Shown one piece after another: positions 14,621-31,389 of a stretch of DNA of 64,000 nucleotides. Below the pieces are notes generated by a model, which was not told where the DNA came from, did not search any database, and saw nothing but the letters and a program-made list of their open reading frames with translations. The position numbers and the translations under genes were made by a program. Each line of letters begins with the position of its first letter. The stretch's first letter is position 1. The stretch lies in assembly GCF_009914755.1 (NCBI RefSeq), contig NC_060930.1, one strand, 5' to 3'. The DNA is from the human T2T-CHM13v2.0 reference genome, Homo sapiens.

Positions 14621-15656
14621 TAGTCTTGAATTTTATTGTAAACTTTCACAATAAATGAAGACAAGCATAATTTTGTTTCTTATTTAAGCAATGACCAGAA
14701 TAATAACATTTCCAAAATCAAACCATATTCATATTTATATTGATAAAATATTCTTGTAAGTCAAAACTGTTAACTGAAATTTTGAATATTTTTTAGTTGT
14801 TTTTCCCCATAATGTTCTATGTCCCAAAGAAGTTTCCACCTCCTGGCAAATATATATTAATGAAAATTTGAAAATGGTCCTCTTAAACGATCTTTGCTTC
14901 CACAAAATTTCTTAATTTTACTTAAACATTTAAAAATTCAGAAGTTTAAGTGTAGCATAATGAAAACATGTTATAAAAAGATATTTTCTAATTTTTATTG
15001 TAATAATCTCATAAAATTATATCCTCTAAAACTCTCTACCTCTCATTGGCACCCCACTATCCATGTAGACCATTGACATCTTTCTTTATTACTTCCTTCA
15101 GCTGTTTCTTCTGGTGCAAAAATGTGTTGACAACCCCTATATGCAATTGCCCCTGCTCTAATACTCTGATTTTTTTTTTTTTTTGAGGGGGAGGTGGAAA
15201 TATATATATATATGTATATTTTTTCATTATTTTCTTATAATTTTTTCAAGTTTCATGTAGGATTGTAAAAGGGAAACACATGTATTTGATTTGCCATGTT
15301 TACTATAATGCTTTTCATATACTCATATTCTTTCCTTTCAAGGCTTAGATTTAATGGTGAATTCTCTGTGCTAGATCCCTTGAAATTCCAAAGTGGAATA
15401 ATTACTCCTTGCTCCATGCTCTCCTAGCACTTTGATTATCATGCTAACATAGCAATCATTAGATTATATTTTAGCTACATTTGGATATAGTTATCTAGCT
15501 TTGTAAATTGTGTTTTACTTTGTAAAAATATAAAAGTAATAAAACTTGGTTAAATGTAACTCGGGTTTGAGAACTCAGAGATAGTCCTAAGTACATAATA
15601 AGATCACAGAAAAATAGCGGGAGTCACAGCCATCTGGAGAAGATGGTAATGTCCTT

Positions 15657-15775
15657 CATTCAGTCAATACATATTTATCAAGTACCAAGCATGAGCCAGG
15701 TACTGTGCTAGGGCATTAGAGATAGAGCAGTGAACAAGACAGACATGGTTCCAATTTACAGTATACTCACGGAGG
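15657..15775 (-). mobile_element. L2 3' end fragment
   Basis: cattcagtcaatacatatttatcaagtacc...gccaggtactgtgctaggg...cagtgaacaagacagacatggttcc. Confidence 0.85.
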
Positions 15776-17360
15776 CTTAATATTTAATTTTTTTCCCAAT
15801 TTCCAAAGCATTTTATATTAGTTGAACCCGTGAGCCAGTATGCTGCTGTTATTGTGATTGCTATGGCTTTAGCAAAGAAAGGCAAAGGCAACAGAAATTG
15901 TGCCTTACAAGTCATAAAATATGTGATTGAATTTTAAAATAAGGAATCTTGCCAACCCCTGTAACCACAGATTTATGTGTCACTTACAATAAATACCTAT
16001 CAATAAAACTAATCATTTTACTTCCTTTTGGGACCAACATTTATATTGGAGTTGTTCTCATGATAGTTATGGCAAACACCTGCTGACCTCACTCTGTGAA
16101 CCGCCATCACCTATCCAAGCCCTACAGCTGCCTCAGTGCCAGCTCTCCAGAGCTTAAAAGGTGCTAGCCACGACCAACACTCACTATTGAGGCACAACAT
16201 ACATTAAACCTAGCACTTGAATTATGTGAGGGAAGAAAATTTAGAAGAAAACTTTAAAGAAAATATGAGGGAACATTTAAAAATTCATGGAAAATGCATA
16301 TTACGAAAAAGTAGGCATGGATTTCAAAATTATGTTTGCATCAAAATAAACTCATACTACCTTCTAATAACATGTCTCAACAGGATCTAGTTTGAAACAT
16401 TAGGAAGGATAAGACATCAGTTTGAAAATAGTCCCTATCAGAGCAACATACATTCTGCTAAAATTGAAGTGAAAACAAACATCAAATTTATGGTGAAGCT
16501 TGGATGAAAGAATGGTGAAATCACATATGCTTTATGAAAACTTTATTGGGACAGTCTTCAAATAACTAGGCAGTTTACAAATGGATTTAAAAGAAGGAAT
16601 AGGATGGTGTTGAGGATGAGGCTTGTAGTGGCAGACCATCCACATCAACTTGCAAGGAAAAATTCAGTCTCGTTTTTGCCCTAATTGAAGAACACTGATG
16701 ATTGACAGCAAAAACAATAGCCAATGCAATATACATTTCAGTTAGTTCAACTTACACAATTCTGACTAAAAAATTAAAGGAGAGCAAGTTTTCTACTTGA
16801 TGGGTGCCAAAATGGTTACCCCCAGATCAGCTGCCGAGAAGAGCAGAGCTTTTGATGGAACTTTCAAACAAGTCAATCAAGGTCCTGAAGCATTGTTTTG
16901 AATAATTGGATAGTAAAGATGAAACATAGCTTTCCCAATATGATCCTGAAGACACAGCACAATCAAAGCAATGCTTACCAAGACCTGGAAGTGGTCCAGT
17001 GACAGCAAACACAGGATGGCCAAGAGCAAAGCTAATGGAGACAGTTTTCTTTAGATGCTCAAGGCATTTTGCTCCTTGACTTTCTGGAGGGCCAAAAAAC
17101 AATAACATCTGCTTATTATCACAGTGTTTTGAGCAAGTAAGAAAAAGCTTTAGCAGAAAAATGCTCAAGACACCTCGATTTGAGAGTCCCTTTCCACCGT
17201 GACAATGCTCATTCCTTTCGTCAAATAAGGGTAATTTTGTGGGAATTCTATGGGAAATCATTAAGCATCCCCTTAACCCTTCTGATTTGGCTCTAAGTCA
17301 TTTTTGTTTTCTAATCATAACAAATCTGTAAAGGGCATCCATTTTTCAGTTAACAATGTA

Positions 17361-17750
<390 letters not shown>

Positions 17751-18132
17751 TAAGAAAAGACTGCATTGACATTAAATTCCTAAGACTATCAGTTCTTTAG
17801 GGATGGATTAAACGGCTGATATAATCTCACAATATGTATTGAGCTTGATGGCCCTTATGTTGAGAAATAAAGTTTAAAGTTTATATTATTTTTAAAAAAA
17901 TTTTGTCTTTCAATTCAATTTTTACACAAACTTTTTAGTTTCCTTGTATTTAGGGTGAGGAATTTCCCATGAGATTTATCATACAGAAAGGAAGAGAGAC
18001 ACAGAAAAAGACACAGAGAGAGAGGGAAAGAGTAGGAAGGAAAGAGGAAGAATAAGCAATATTAATACAACTACAAAGTATGACATATAAACTAAGGAAA
18101 CCACTGTAAGTCAGAATGAAAGAAAAATAATT

Positions 18133-18442
<310 letters not shown>

Positions 18443-19647
18443 TAATTTTTGTTTGTTTGTTTGTTTATTTTACATTTCCTTTGTGTAAAAATCCAAGGGA
18501 GAAACTCTAACAGTATTAGTTTACTATAAATGTGCTAAGATACTTATGACCCTTCCTCTATCTTCTGGATAGGCACACATACAGTTGCATTGAGTTACCC
18601 ATTGTTATACTTTTAATTGTAAGCCCTGAAAATATATTTCTCTCTTCAGCTAAAGGTTTACCATGACATCTGACTCATCACCATCTTCAAACTTCCAAGT
18701 TCTTTTCAATTCAATTAAAATGAAAACAGTGAGGAAATTTCTGTAATTCCATAAGATTACTGATTCAACACCTTGGTATTTTACCATATGTAACAGAGAC
18801 TAAAAATGGAGTTAATCTAGAGGGAGAAGGACACAATGACTCAGCATAGTACCTTTCACTTTCATGTCAGTAGTTAAAATTCAGTACAAGGCTATAGTTA
18901 CTAAGTCTGCTCCCAAGTGTTCCACGGAGGCATATAGGAAAATGAGGAAAGGGAATTTCTCATGGTTTGACAATTCTGGTTGACTGGTAAATTCCCATGA
19001 AATAAATAGAAAAAAAAAAGGTTGATGGTGGTAAAGATACCAAGGAGTGACTAATGAGGCACGGGTATGGCCTTCTTTTAGATTCTCTTTCTGCCAGAAG
19101 CAAAGGGCTGTATTTCTATTTCTTGACACCTGATATGTGAATAGTCTCTTATATTATTTGACATGATTAAAAATCATTTTGCTCTTAAAAATAACTTAGA
19201 ACATTCTTGAAATATAAATAATGAGTTTGAAAAAAAGGTTCAATGGATAGTAATTCTGTTTACATTGTCCATAGGCTATAAAACTTAGGTAATTAACATG
19301 CTTAGCTTCTTCTATCTGAAAGTCAGTACACATGTGCATTCTGAACATTTGAAATATCTTTAAAATAAGACAGCTCTCATTAACTGAGATTCAAGTTATG
19401 ATTCAGAGCTCTTCTCTTATATTTACAGGTATAAGGCAAATTCACAAACCATTCGTTTTCTTTATTAAAGCATATGTGATATAGTGGAGAGAAAAGATTT
19501 CATTTAAATTTTCTAGCTTTATGTATGAAATTGTTTCTGTTTTTTTTCTTTCTACAAAATTTCATTAGAGTTTCTTTAAAAGGGAGAATATAACCTACTC
19601 CTTGTGGGTTTTGCTGCTTCAACCAATGACATATTTATAAATACATA

Positions 19648-19970
19648 CAGTACCATCCCATTATTCACAATTTACTTTCCATAGTTTTAATTACTCATTG
19701 TCAACTGCAGGCCCAAAATAGGTGAGTACAGTACAATAAGATATTTTAAGAGAAACCACAATCTCATAATTTTTACTACACGAATTGTTCTATTTTATTA
19801 TTAGTTATTATTGTTAATCTTTCACTGCACCAAGCTTAAATTAAACTTTATAATAACTGTGTGTATACAGGAAAAAAACATGGTATGCATAGGGTTCAGC
19901 ACCATCCATGGTTTTAGGCATCCACTGGAAGTCTTGGAACATATCCCCTGAGAATAAGGAAGAGCTACTG
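19648..19970 (+). mobile_element. MER44A (Tigger7 family MITE)
   Basis: TA cagtacc...ttattcaca...aaataggtgagtacagtacaataagatatttt...gtcttggaacatatcccctgagaataagg...ctactg. Confidence 0.88.
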
Positions 19971-20227
19971 TTATACATATCACTTCTATATGTGTATACA
20001 TACACACATGCAAACATAGAAAATAGTGAACATAAATGAATAAATGCAGTTTTATAGTCCATATTTCCTACTCAGCCCCTTAGTGAGTCAGCACCTCTTG
20101 TTGTGTCAGAGTAACCTGTCTTTTAAATAAGCACTCTTAGAGAATGTAAGAGAAATAAGAGATAACCAAGCTCACTTGAAATGTTAGAATATTAAGGATC
20201 AGATGGCTTCAGTGAGTGAGACACCCT

Positions 20228-20228
<1 letters not shown>

Positions 20229-20264
<36 letters not shown>

Positions 20265-20270
20265 GAGAGA
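20229..20270. repeat. (CA)n(GA)n microsatellite
   Basis: Direct reading. Confidence 0.95.
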
Positions 20271-22601
20271 GAAAAAATGATAGACTACAATTTGTATATA
20301 TATAGAGAGATTTTTCTTGTGATTCCTGCTTATGTGTATTTTTACCTCATAGGGCTGCGTGGTTGTGTTTGCCAAGGTTCTTCTCGTCAAAATCTGCACT
20401 GGAAGGTAAAGCAAAATAAACTTATTGGAATAAGTTTATTCCAAAATAAACGTATTTCTTTGGGCAACTCAGGCATCAAAAGGAAACTGAAATATGCAGA
20501 TTTTTTTCCTGGTCTGGATGCAGAGCAGCCCCAAAACCTCAGCCACAATAATTCACAAAAATGATCTCTATGTTGCCAACATGTCCCTAAGGTCTTAGGT
20601 TTCATGATTCCTAATATCTGTGTCTTTGTTCAAGTTTTAAATTCTGGAAAAGAAAATCTGATTTTCCTAAGTTGGATCATGTTATGTTCCCTAGATTAGA
20701 AACCCTAGCAAAAAAACAGTTCCTGTAGCATAGATATGACTTCAAGAGTAACCCATGTGTAGTAAAACCTTTTCCAGTAAAGGGGGGATCATTTTGAGAT
20801 GTAGCACCCAATGCCAATGCTGTGGACAGAATTTTGGATCTAGAAGGACAATTTAGCTAGATAGACTATCCCACTTTTCATAGCCAATGAGAAAGATCCA
20901 GTAAGGAGGCTAGGTCAGCTATTGTTAAAGGACAGATTAATACAGTTAAATGGAGAAAATCAAATTCAAATTTCTCTGGACAAGAGCAGAAAATAGGAGT
21001 GAGGACAAATGTCTTACAAGTTCAAGGTTCAGGATCTGATTAGGACAAGAATGGAAGGGCAATTAGATACAATGTAGGAATAATGCACAAGGATTACTGC
21101 TAAAGTCGGAGGGGAAGTATCTTTGGTTTGCATTTATTAGATATAATTGTCTTACTGTCTGAATGGATCCTGTTTGTTTATATGTTGATGGAACCACATT
21201 TCTTAACAAATTGAATTGTGCATGTAATTTAGTAGCCTTAATAATGACTCGAATTTTGAGTTCAGTGAATATGCACGACGCTTGTAAAAAAATTTTCACT
21301 ATGACTTCCTTCTGAAGCTTCAGATTTTCATTCCCTTTAGCTTTCTTATGGTCTTATGATTCCAAAAAGTCAAAAATTAAAATATGGTATTTCTCCCAAA
21401 TTTTTTCTTTTCTTTCTCACATTCGTAGTTCATTAATAGCACCATGCTTTTTGTCACTTAAGTTCAAATGTAATGGCTGATGATATTATAGATCTGTTAC
21501 ACATTAATTAGATTAAAAATACTTCTATATACAGTTCATCTCACTAGCATCCTACAGATAATCTAGGGCTTTCTTTTATAGCTTATCACCACAATTTAGG
21601 CAGATAAAAATCTAAATGCACATCCTTTCTCTTAGACTGTATCTTATTACTAAACCTTATATAAATAGTCAAGTTCTCAGCACGGTTAATATTTCTTCAG
21701 GTCTGTTGCCCGGCTCATTTCTCTTTTGACTGCTGTGTGTGCCTTGGAGCTCTCGTTTTACATGCTTCACTCCAAAGAGTCTCCTTGTATGTTACTGCAA
21801 GATGAGTCCAAGTACTCTTTCCCTTGCTTTGATGATGCTCAACAGTGTGCTCTCAAAGAGTATTTGACAAATTATCCTCCTTGAAAGCATCTTTGCCTCA
21901 GGATAAATATTAATTCTTCCCCAAAGATACACGTTGTATTGAATACAAGTGTGGTAAACAACAAGACTATTTTTTACAACTTGTTTCTGGGTTTTTCAGT
22001 GAAAAAGCAGCAAGAGACATAGAATTATATAACTGAAATGTCTTTTATAGATTATTCATCTTTCATTTTGCATATGAGAACGTCTAAGACCCAGAGCAGT
22101 CATTTGGTGTTCCCAAAGACACACAACTAACTGATAAGAGACATGAAATGTCTTTCTTAGGGTTTCCAGTGTATTGTTGTTTTTTGTTGTTCTTGTTTCT
22201 CACTACAGCAAACTCATATAAACCCGTGACATCTTAATATGTACTTAATTTAATGATTGTTCAAAGTGTCACATAATTTGCACCTACAATGGATTAGTAA
22301 AAGCTTATAGCAATTGACCAATCTTTTTCTCAAAATAAAGTCAGTTAAGCAAAAATTGTAATGTCAAAATTAGATTATTTTCTTGGGTAATATTTCAAAA
22401 TAAGGTTTTACAGTTAAAAATATTAACATTTTAAGACTTAGATATACAAATTTTGTTTCCAATATAGTATCAGTACACTCTTGCATAATAATTTTATTAG
22501 AAAGACATTCTCAACACACCCTGGCCAACATTTTGACCTTTGCTAATTTTATGAGAAAATGAAAAGAGAAATTATTTTAATAAATAATGTAATTAATTTC
22601 A

Positions 22602-23148
<547 letters not shown>

Positions 23149-25979
23149 TCCAAGTTATTAATACCAATTTATAGAGGAAGAAACTTAGCCTTAGTTATAT
23201 GCTCATACTCATACATGTAGTAAGTGAAAAAGTCAGAAATGAATAAAATTTCCTAATAATCTACGTTATTTAAAACTATTTACCATTGAATTTTTCTACT
23301 AATAGGATAAACATAGAATTTTATTTTGTTCATTAATACTTTCTGTGTTTCAAATTGCTTATTCACATAGAATAAACATCTACTGAATAAAAAAACCTTT
23401 TTATATTTCTCTTATTAATGTTATAATCTTGGTATTTTGCTTTTAAATTAAATCCCCATTAATCCAAACCAAATATATTATCAGTATTAAATGTAGTATT
23501 GTATAATTGAAATAAAATTACATTAACATATTGCTTCTACTGGTTTCCTTACATTTCCAATGAGGAGGATTCTCTGTTGACCCATTCATTTCTTTTCTTC
23601 AGTAAGATTCTTCCTTGACAAACCATCTTTTGAACATCTGGTGAAAAAAAAAATGGAGAAATAATATGAGAGAAGAAAACGTGAATAAGACATTAAATGA
23701 AACTGCATGAGAGGTTTTATTCAAGGTTCACAATAAAATATATACCAGAGCAGTAGAAGAGCTGTTGTATTTAAAGACATTCGAAGGGGAATAAAATGTG
23801 AAGCATTTGGAAGATCTGTCCTAGCTTACATGTGTATTTTCAAAGTTGCCTTTAGGAAATGTGTGGTAATAAACTGAGTTTATTGAAATTAGCATTCAGG
23901 TGCTGAATTGTGCTGCATAAAAGACTAACACAGGTTCTTCCATAGAAAATGGTATTTTAATTGCTATATGTGGTAATAATATACTTTGATGATGAAAAGT
24001 TTAACAAATATGTTATACTGCCACATATATGTCATACTTAACTGAAGGAGTAAAGAAGTACTTTGTTAAACACTTTGCTAGTTTTAATACCTTAACTAAC
24101 AAGAGCATTTATTCTTTTTTTATTTCTAAGAAATACATACATGTTAGGAATTTAGAACCTCACAGAGTTTTTTGTTTGTTTGTTTGTTTCTTCCCTCTTG
24201 GAAAATTCCAAGTATTGTTGATTATTAGTATTTGTGAAATAACTGTATATACTTTATGTTAATACAAAAGTAACAATTAAGAGTTGGTCAAAAGAAAGGC
24301 AAAATTTGATTTTTTTTCTTGTCTCCCTAGCATGTCATTCTAAATTAAATGGGGCATTCCACATTATAATAGTAATAACAAATACAAACAAGCTTCTTAA
24401 AGACTCTCTTTTAATTTAATAAACGGTCCCATTTTAAAAAACGAATTCCCGGTAACTATTCGTACAAGATAGATTATATTTTTGGTCCTTTTCCCATATT
24501 TTAATTGGTTGTGCTTGGAGCTATGTTATAGCCTTGGCCAGAAAATTATTCAGAGAGTAACTTCTAAATGTCATCATATGTATTAAAGTGACATTCTTCA
24601 CCTTGTTTTTAAACATCAAAAAGTTCGTGGAGTTTTGCTTCTCACTTCTTAACAAATGGAAATGGAATTTGTCTTCTTGATTATCACACAACGTTCCCTC
24701 CTCTTCCTGGCATGCCTCTTTTCCAGCCCAGACTTTTTATTTAAATGCATTAGAACAGAATTTATAAACAGAATTTATTAGAACAGAATATCTAAAGTTA
24801 GATGCAGCTCAGGACAAAGTTGTAGTATATGTTGATAATTTAGTCCTCAAGCAAAACCACATTGTACACTTGTGTTTCCAAAACCAGCAAAAATTCATAT
24901 TTTTGTTTGAACAGAAGAGTGGAGACAACAAATTCCTATCTTCCTTTTCAGGAACTATATTGAAAATCTCTTTTTAACTTGCAAGGCTGATGCAGACTTT
25001 AGTCAGGTATGCTTCCATATTGAAATCCTCCGGAGATTAACAGCAACAGCAACTGCCTCAAGGCGTTCTTGGTTCCATTTCACCACTTCACCATCTGGTA
25101 GACATATGAGGATCAGTTCAACAGATTTAGGAAATGGTTATTATGAGGTTATTCTTTTTAGCAGATGATTTTTTTGTTTTGCCACTCCCACATAAATGCA
25201 AAACAGAAAATATGTTCGAAGCAGAGACTACTATAGAGCTTACCTATTTGAAATTTCCCCTCCAGCAAACAAAACCACTGCAAACTGAGCTTAACAATGT
25301 CCAGTCATAGCGTGAAGGGCAAATTTTAAACTGAATGTGCATTAGTATGATATATAGTTCTCTTTGGCCCCCAAAATAAATTACTCTCCTTAAAGATAAA
25401 TGTAAATATAAGAACAAGCTGCAATGTTACTTTATAATTTAATTCTCCTTCAATGTGTCCTTGAAACTTCTACAAAGCAGACGGTGTTTTAGGAGAATTT
25501 AATGCAGAAAATATCAAAGTACTGCAAGACTCTAACAGGTGTTCAAAATTAGATAAGCATTGATTTTAAAACATTTTTAAGTTCATATCATTATTAATAT
25601 TTTCTTTGTGTATAGAAGTAATTTTATGTAAGGTACAGATGCCTCTAGCCTTTAAAATTTTAATACAGTGTGTAGAGTTTATTGTTATGTAATTTACACA
25701 CTTCTTTACAGACAATTAATAACCCTATAATTATTACAGCCTTTGTGAATTTAAGCAGAATTTTTAAGTAGAAGTGTATGATAATAGCTTTGACCTTATC
25801 CTTTTACATATATTTTAATAAATAAATGATCATACTTCTCAAATGTGACTTGGCCAAAGAATGAAGTATGATATTTAAAGAACATAATAATATAAAAAAA
25901 TTGAAATTACATATTTACAAAGGATCTGTGTATGCTGAGAAAGAGTTTCTGTGTCTTTTATTGTTTATTTTTCTCTAGG

Positions 25980-26203
25980 CAGTAGTTGTTAACTGGGATG
26001 ATTTCACTTCCTCTCCCATGAAACATCTGGAAATATCTAGAGAAATATTTGGTTGTCAAAACTAGGGCATGGCTACTACTAGCATCTACTTGATAGAGAC
26101 TGGGGATGCTGCTAACTTTCTACAATGTTCAAGACAGCCTCATTCCAACAACAAAGATCGATGCATTCCAAAATATCAACAGACCCAAAGTTGAAAATCT
26201 CTG
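25980..26203 (+). mobile_element. MER20 (hAT-Charlie MITE)
   Basis: cagtagttgttaactgggatgattt...tttggttgtcaaaact...gctactactagcatct...gggatgctgctaa...aagttgaaaatctctg. Confidence 0.85.
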
Positions 26204-27074
26204 CTCCAAAGCTTATATTAATATATACAAAATAAAATTTGGCAAATAAATTATTCACAAGTAAATTGGAAACTCCAAATCTTAGAATGAGACAATCTTC
26301 TGTGACTTGTTAACACATGCGCACACACACAAACATATACATTTTCATGCACAGATTAAACACACATATATATGTATTTATATGTTATATAAACAAATAC
26401 ATATATTCCCATATGCCAACTCATACTCAATTTTTAGTATTTGATTCTGAATACTCTTTTGAAGCAATTGATTTTTTTCCTCAGTTATTAAAATATTGGT
26501 TGTCCTGGATTATTTAAATCTGTAGTGATCAAAGCCACAATTTCAAGTAAACGTAGGCTTTCTCCTCTTGGTAATCACAGCAACCACACAGGGTCCAAGT
26601 CATTATAGTGTGGGACTAATATTTAGAAAAGCATTTCTTTGTGTGCCTATCATATTTCTGGATTATTGGTCTTCAGGTTCTAGGACAGATTCATTTTCTA
26701 AATTAGACATTTTTCATCTTCAGTATAAAATGTTATCTTGAAACATTTACAAAAATATCATTGTTGTTTTTCATAACTCAATGTATGTGCAATCTGATTT
26801 TCTAAATTGTGACTAAAAGACTTAGCTGTCATAATTTTGGAAAGTGAAGAGAATTATCATCTGTATGTTTCTCTACAGTCTAAGTTTCATCTTTACATGG
26901 AAAAAAAATCAAAACTCTAGCTCATCTGCATCTGGAAGGAAACATATAAGACACTCTGAACACTATTCTGCTAGTCAAACAAAACTTCCTAATCTTTTTT
27001 CCATTTAAGATCTTCGAAAATTCTCACTGGTCAGTAACACCTATGAACACTAAGTGGAAGTATAAGAAGGTTCT

Positions 27075-27420
<346 letters not shown>

Positions 27421-28469
27421 TTACTGCTTTCCAACATACTTACTGTTAAAGAGCTACTGCAAGAAGGAAAGTACAATAAAGGGAATATACAGAGTCCATC
27501 AGTTAGAGATATTGATAGTTAGTTATGCTGCAGTATACCTGTATGTGTTGTTACACATGTCTACATGGTGGACCATATAATGAGTCAGTTCTACTATCAT
27601 ATAATTGACTTGAACAGCTGTGAAGCTATTCTTCATTCAGCCTCATTATATCATTTGATTATCATTTACAATAAATTTACCTTCTCATGTCTGTTTTGTT
27701 TTTAGCTCCTCGTCATTACTTTCCGACCACCTTTCTACTTATTTTTTATGATGTTAAGGCAATCTCTCACTATATGAACCTAAGAAACTAGGTTTTATTC
27801 AACATAAGCATTTTTAAATTATAAATTATTTTTGAAATAAAGAAAACATTTGCCCTGTGAAGTGATCAAACTTGAATATAATATTAAGGGTAGAAAACTG
27901 TACTTTTATTCCCTATAGTATCATAGATACTAAAATTATTGGAGAACAATTGATGTGAAATGGACTAAAACGGACACCAAAATTCTGTGGCAGTACTGAG
28001 TTATAACATGGCTGTCTCTGTTTGTATTCTCATATTATTTTTGTTAGGTTGTCATACGATGAAAAGATAAAATTTAAAAAATAAATTAAAAAGTAAAGAA
28101 TGCTTAGAATTCATGCTTCACACAGGCAATGCTGAGAAAAACATAAAATTGGCAGGTCATTTGGGGGAGGATATTTGGCAAAAAGATTGGGCTAAGCAGA
28201 TAGTGAGATAAAATCTGGATGTTTCAGGCAAAAGTACATGTGTGACTAATGGCACAGAGGTGAAAAAACTTGCTTTATCTGTGAGGAGAGTTCCTAGCAG
28301 GTTAAGTTCAGACAAAGGTTGACAAGACTTGGGAGTACTTTAAATGCAAGTATATTATTATAGATAAAATAAACAATGTCTAGGTATAAAGGATTTTTTA
28401 AATTAGGAAGTTAAATAAATAAAGCTGCTTTTACAAAGTAAGTCAGACCATGGTATAAAATGCATTTGA

Positions 28470-28869
<400 letters not shown>

Positions 28870-29231
28870 TTATACATAGGTCCACTGGAAGATTTTAGTA
28901 TACTTCTATTAAAATGAAGCAAATAGAAGAAATTTAAAACAAAACTTTTGTGTGAATGTATGCACATATATGTTCACATGCCTCTAAATGATAAAAGTAA
29001 ATATATTCAATAAAATTCCAATAAATAATAAAAATGAATAAATTTGGTAGCTACTAGGCATTTTGAAATAAATTATTAAATCTTCCATTATTCAAAGAAA
29101 ATTCAACATAAAATTATTATTCACTTAGAAAATAATAAAATAAGAACATTTTATATAAAAACTAATAGAACATAGTTAAATTTATTTTCAAAATGGCTTA
29201 AATGCTTTCAATATTGAAAAAAGAAAGATGG

Positions 29232-29556
<325 letters not shown>

Positions 29557-29785
29557 TTATTCGTTATAAAAAATTAAATAATGAATAAAAATCAATCTGA
29601 AGACATATGTAGAGAAAAACAGTAATTAGTATGGAAAATGTTATATAATTTTAATGCAAAAAATAATAACTATAAAATCTGAGTCTTGTAAAAATATCAC
29701 TAAAACTGGTAAATTCCTTAAAATAAGGTTTTCAAAAATGGAGGGCGGCAAACAGTATTAGATTAGGACTAAAAAAGGAATCTTA

Positions 29786-30133
<348 letters not shown>

Positions 30134-30534
30134 TTATATACAAATTTATATCAGCAAATCTTAAGATAACAATAAGGAGAAAATTGAATATAAAAATTAC
30201 ATAATGATTGTAAACTGATAAACATTCTAACATTTGAACATATATTTTGTCAGGATACTTTTCAATACAACTTAAATTAATCTAGATGAAATAAATAATA
30301 ACCCCTCCCAATTTAGTTTTTCAATTTAGCATAACCTGTTTCTGGTAAAAGTAATATAAAAAAAAACCTATAGACAAATTTCATTGATCAATATGAAAAG
30401 CACATTCTAAGCAAATATTAGGAAATCAAATCCAGATGTTTATCAAAAATGATTAAAGAATATTCCAGAAAAGTAATAGCAATCCTTTATTATAATTCAT
30501 TTACTCAGTAAATTAAAGCAAAACAATATGATTA

Positions 30535-30891
<357 letters not shown>

Positions 30892-31389
30892 GCAAGGAAG
30901 CTTAGAGTCTCTGCTGCATTAGAAAGCCTCCGCTTTTTAAACAAACATTCTATTCTCACCATCTTTCCATCAATCCAAACATCTGGGCTCCTTGTTTTGA
31001 TAGATTATTTGCCTTAGTATTATAGATTCTACCCTACATATACTATCTTTACCTACAACTTATATTACTAATTTTATATATAATCAACTTCTTTGCCATA
31101 ATCTTAGGATCTCTAAGCTTTTGAATCTGTACTACATATGCTCTTTCTAATAGTATCTTTTTAAAAACATGCTTTTATAAACAGTATTGCTGGATCACTA
31201 TTACACTGGAGGTGACATCATTAGGATTTGTAAACAGAAAATACAAGAGGTATGGATGAGTGTACAAGTTCTCCAAAACTTGGAAAATTTCTTTCATCTT
31301 ATTTCTGTTACATTAGAAAATTTTAATTTAACATATTAAATTGTTTTTGAGGATTTAACTAGTGTAGGAAGAGAGAAACAAAGTGCTAC

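Noticed and set aside
16827-17261. 144-aa minus-strand ORF
   Set aside because: Antisense read-through of the Hsmar2 transposase remnant
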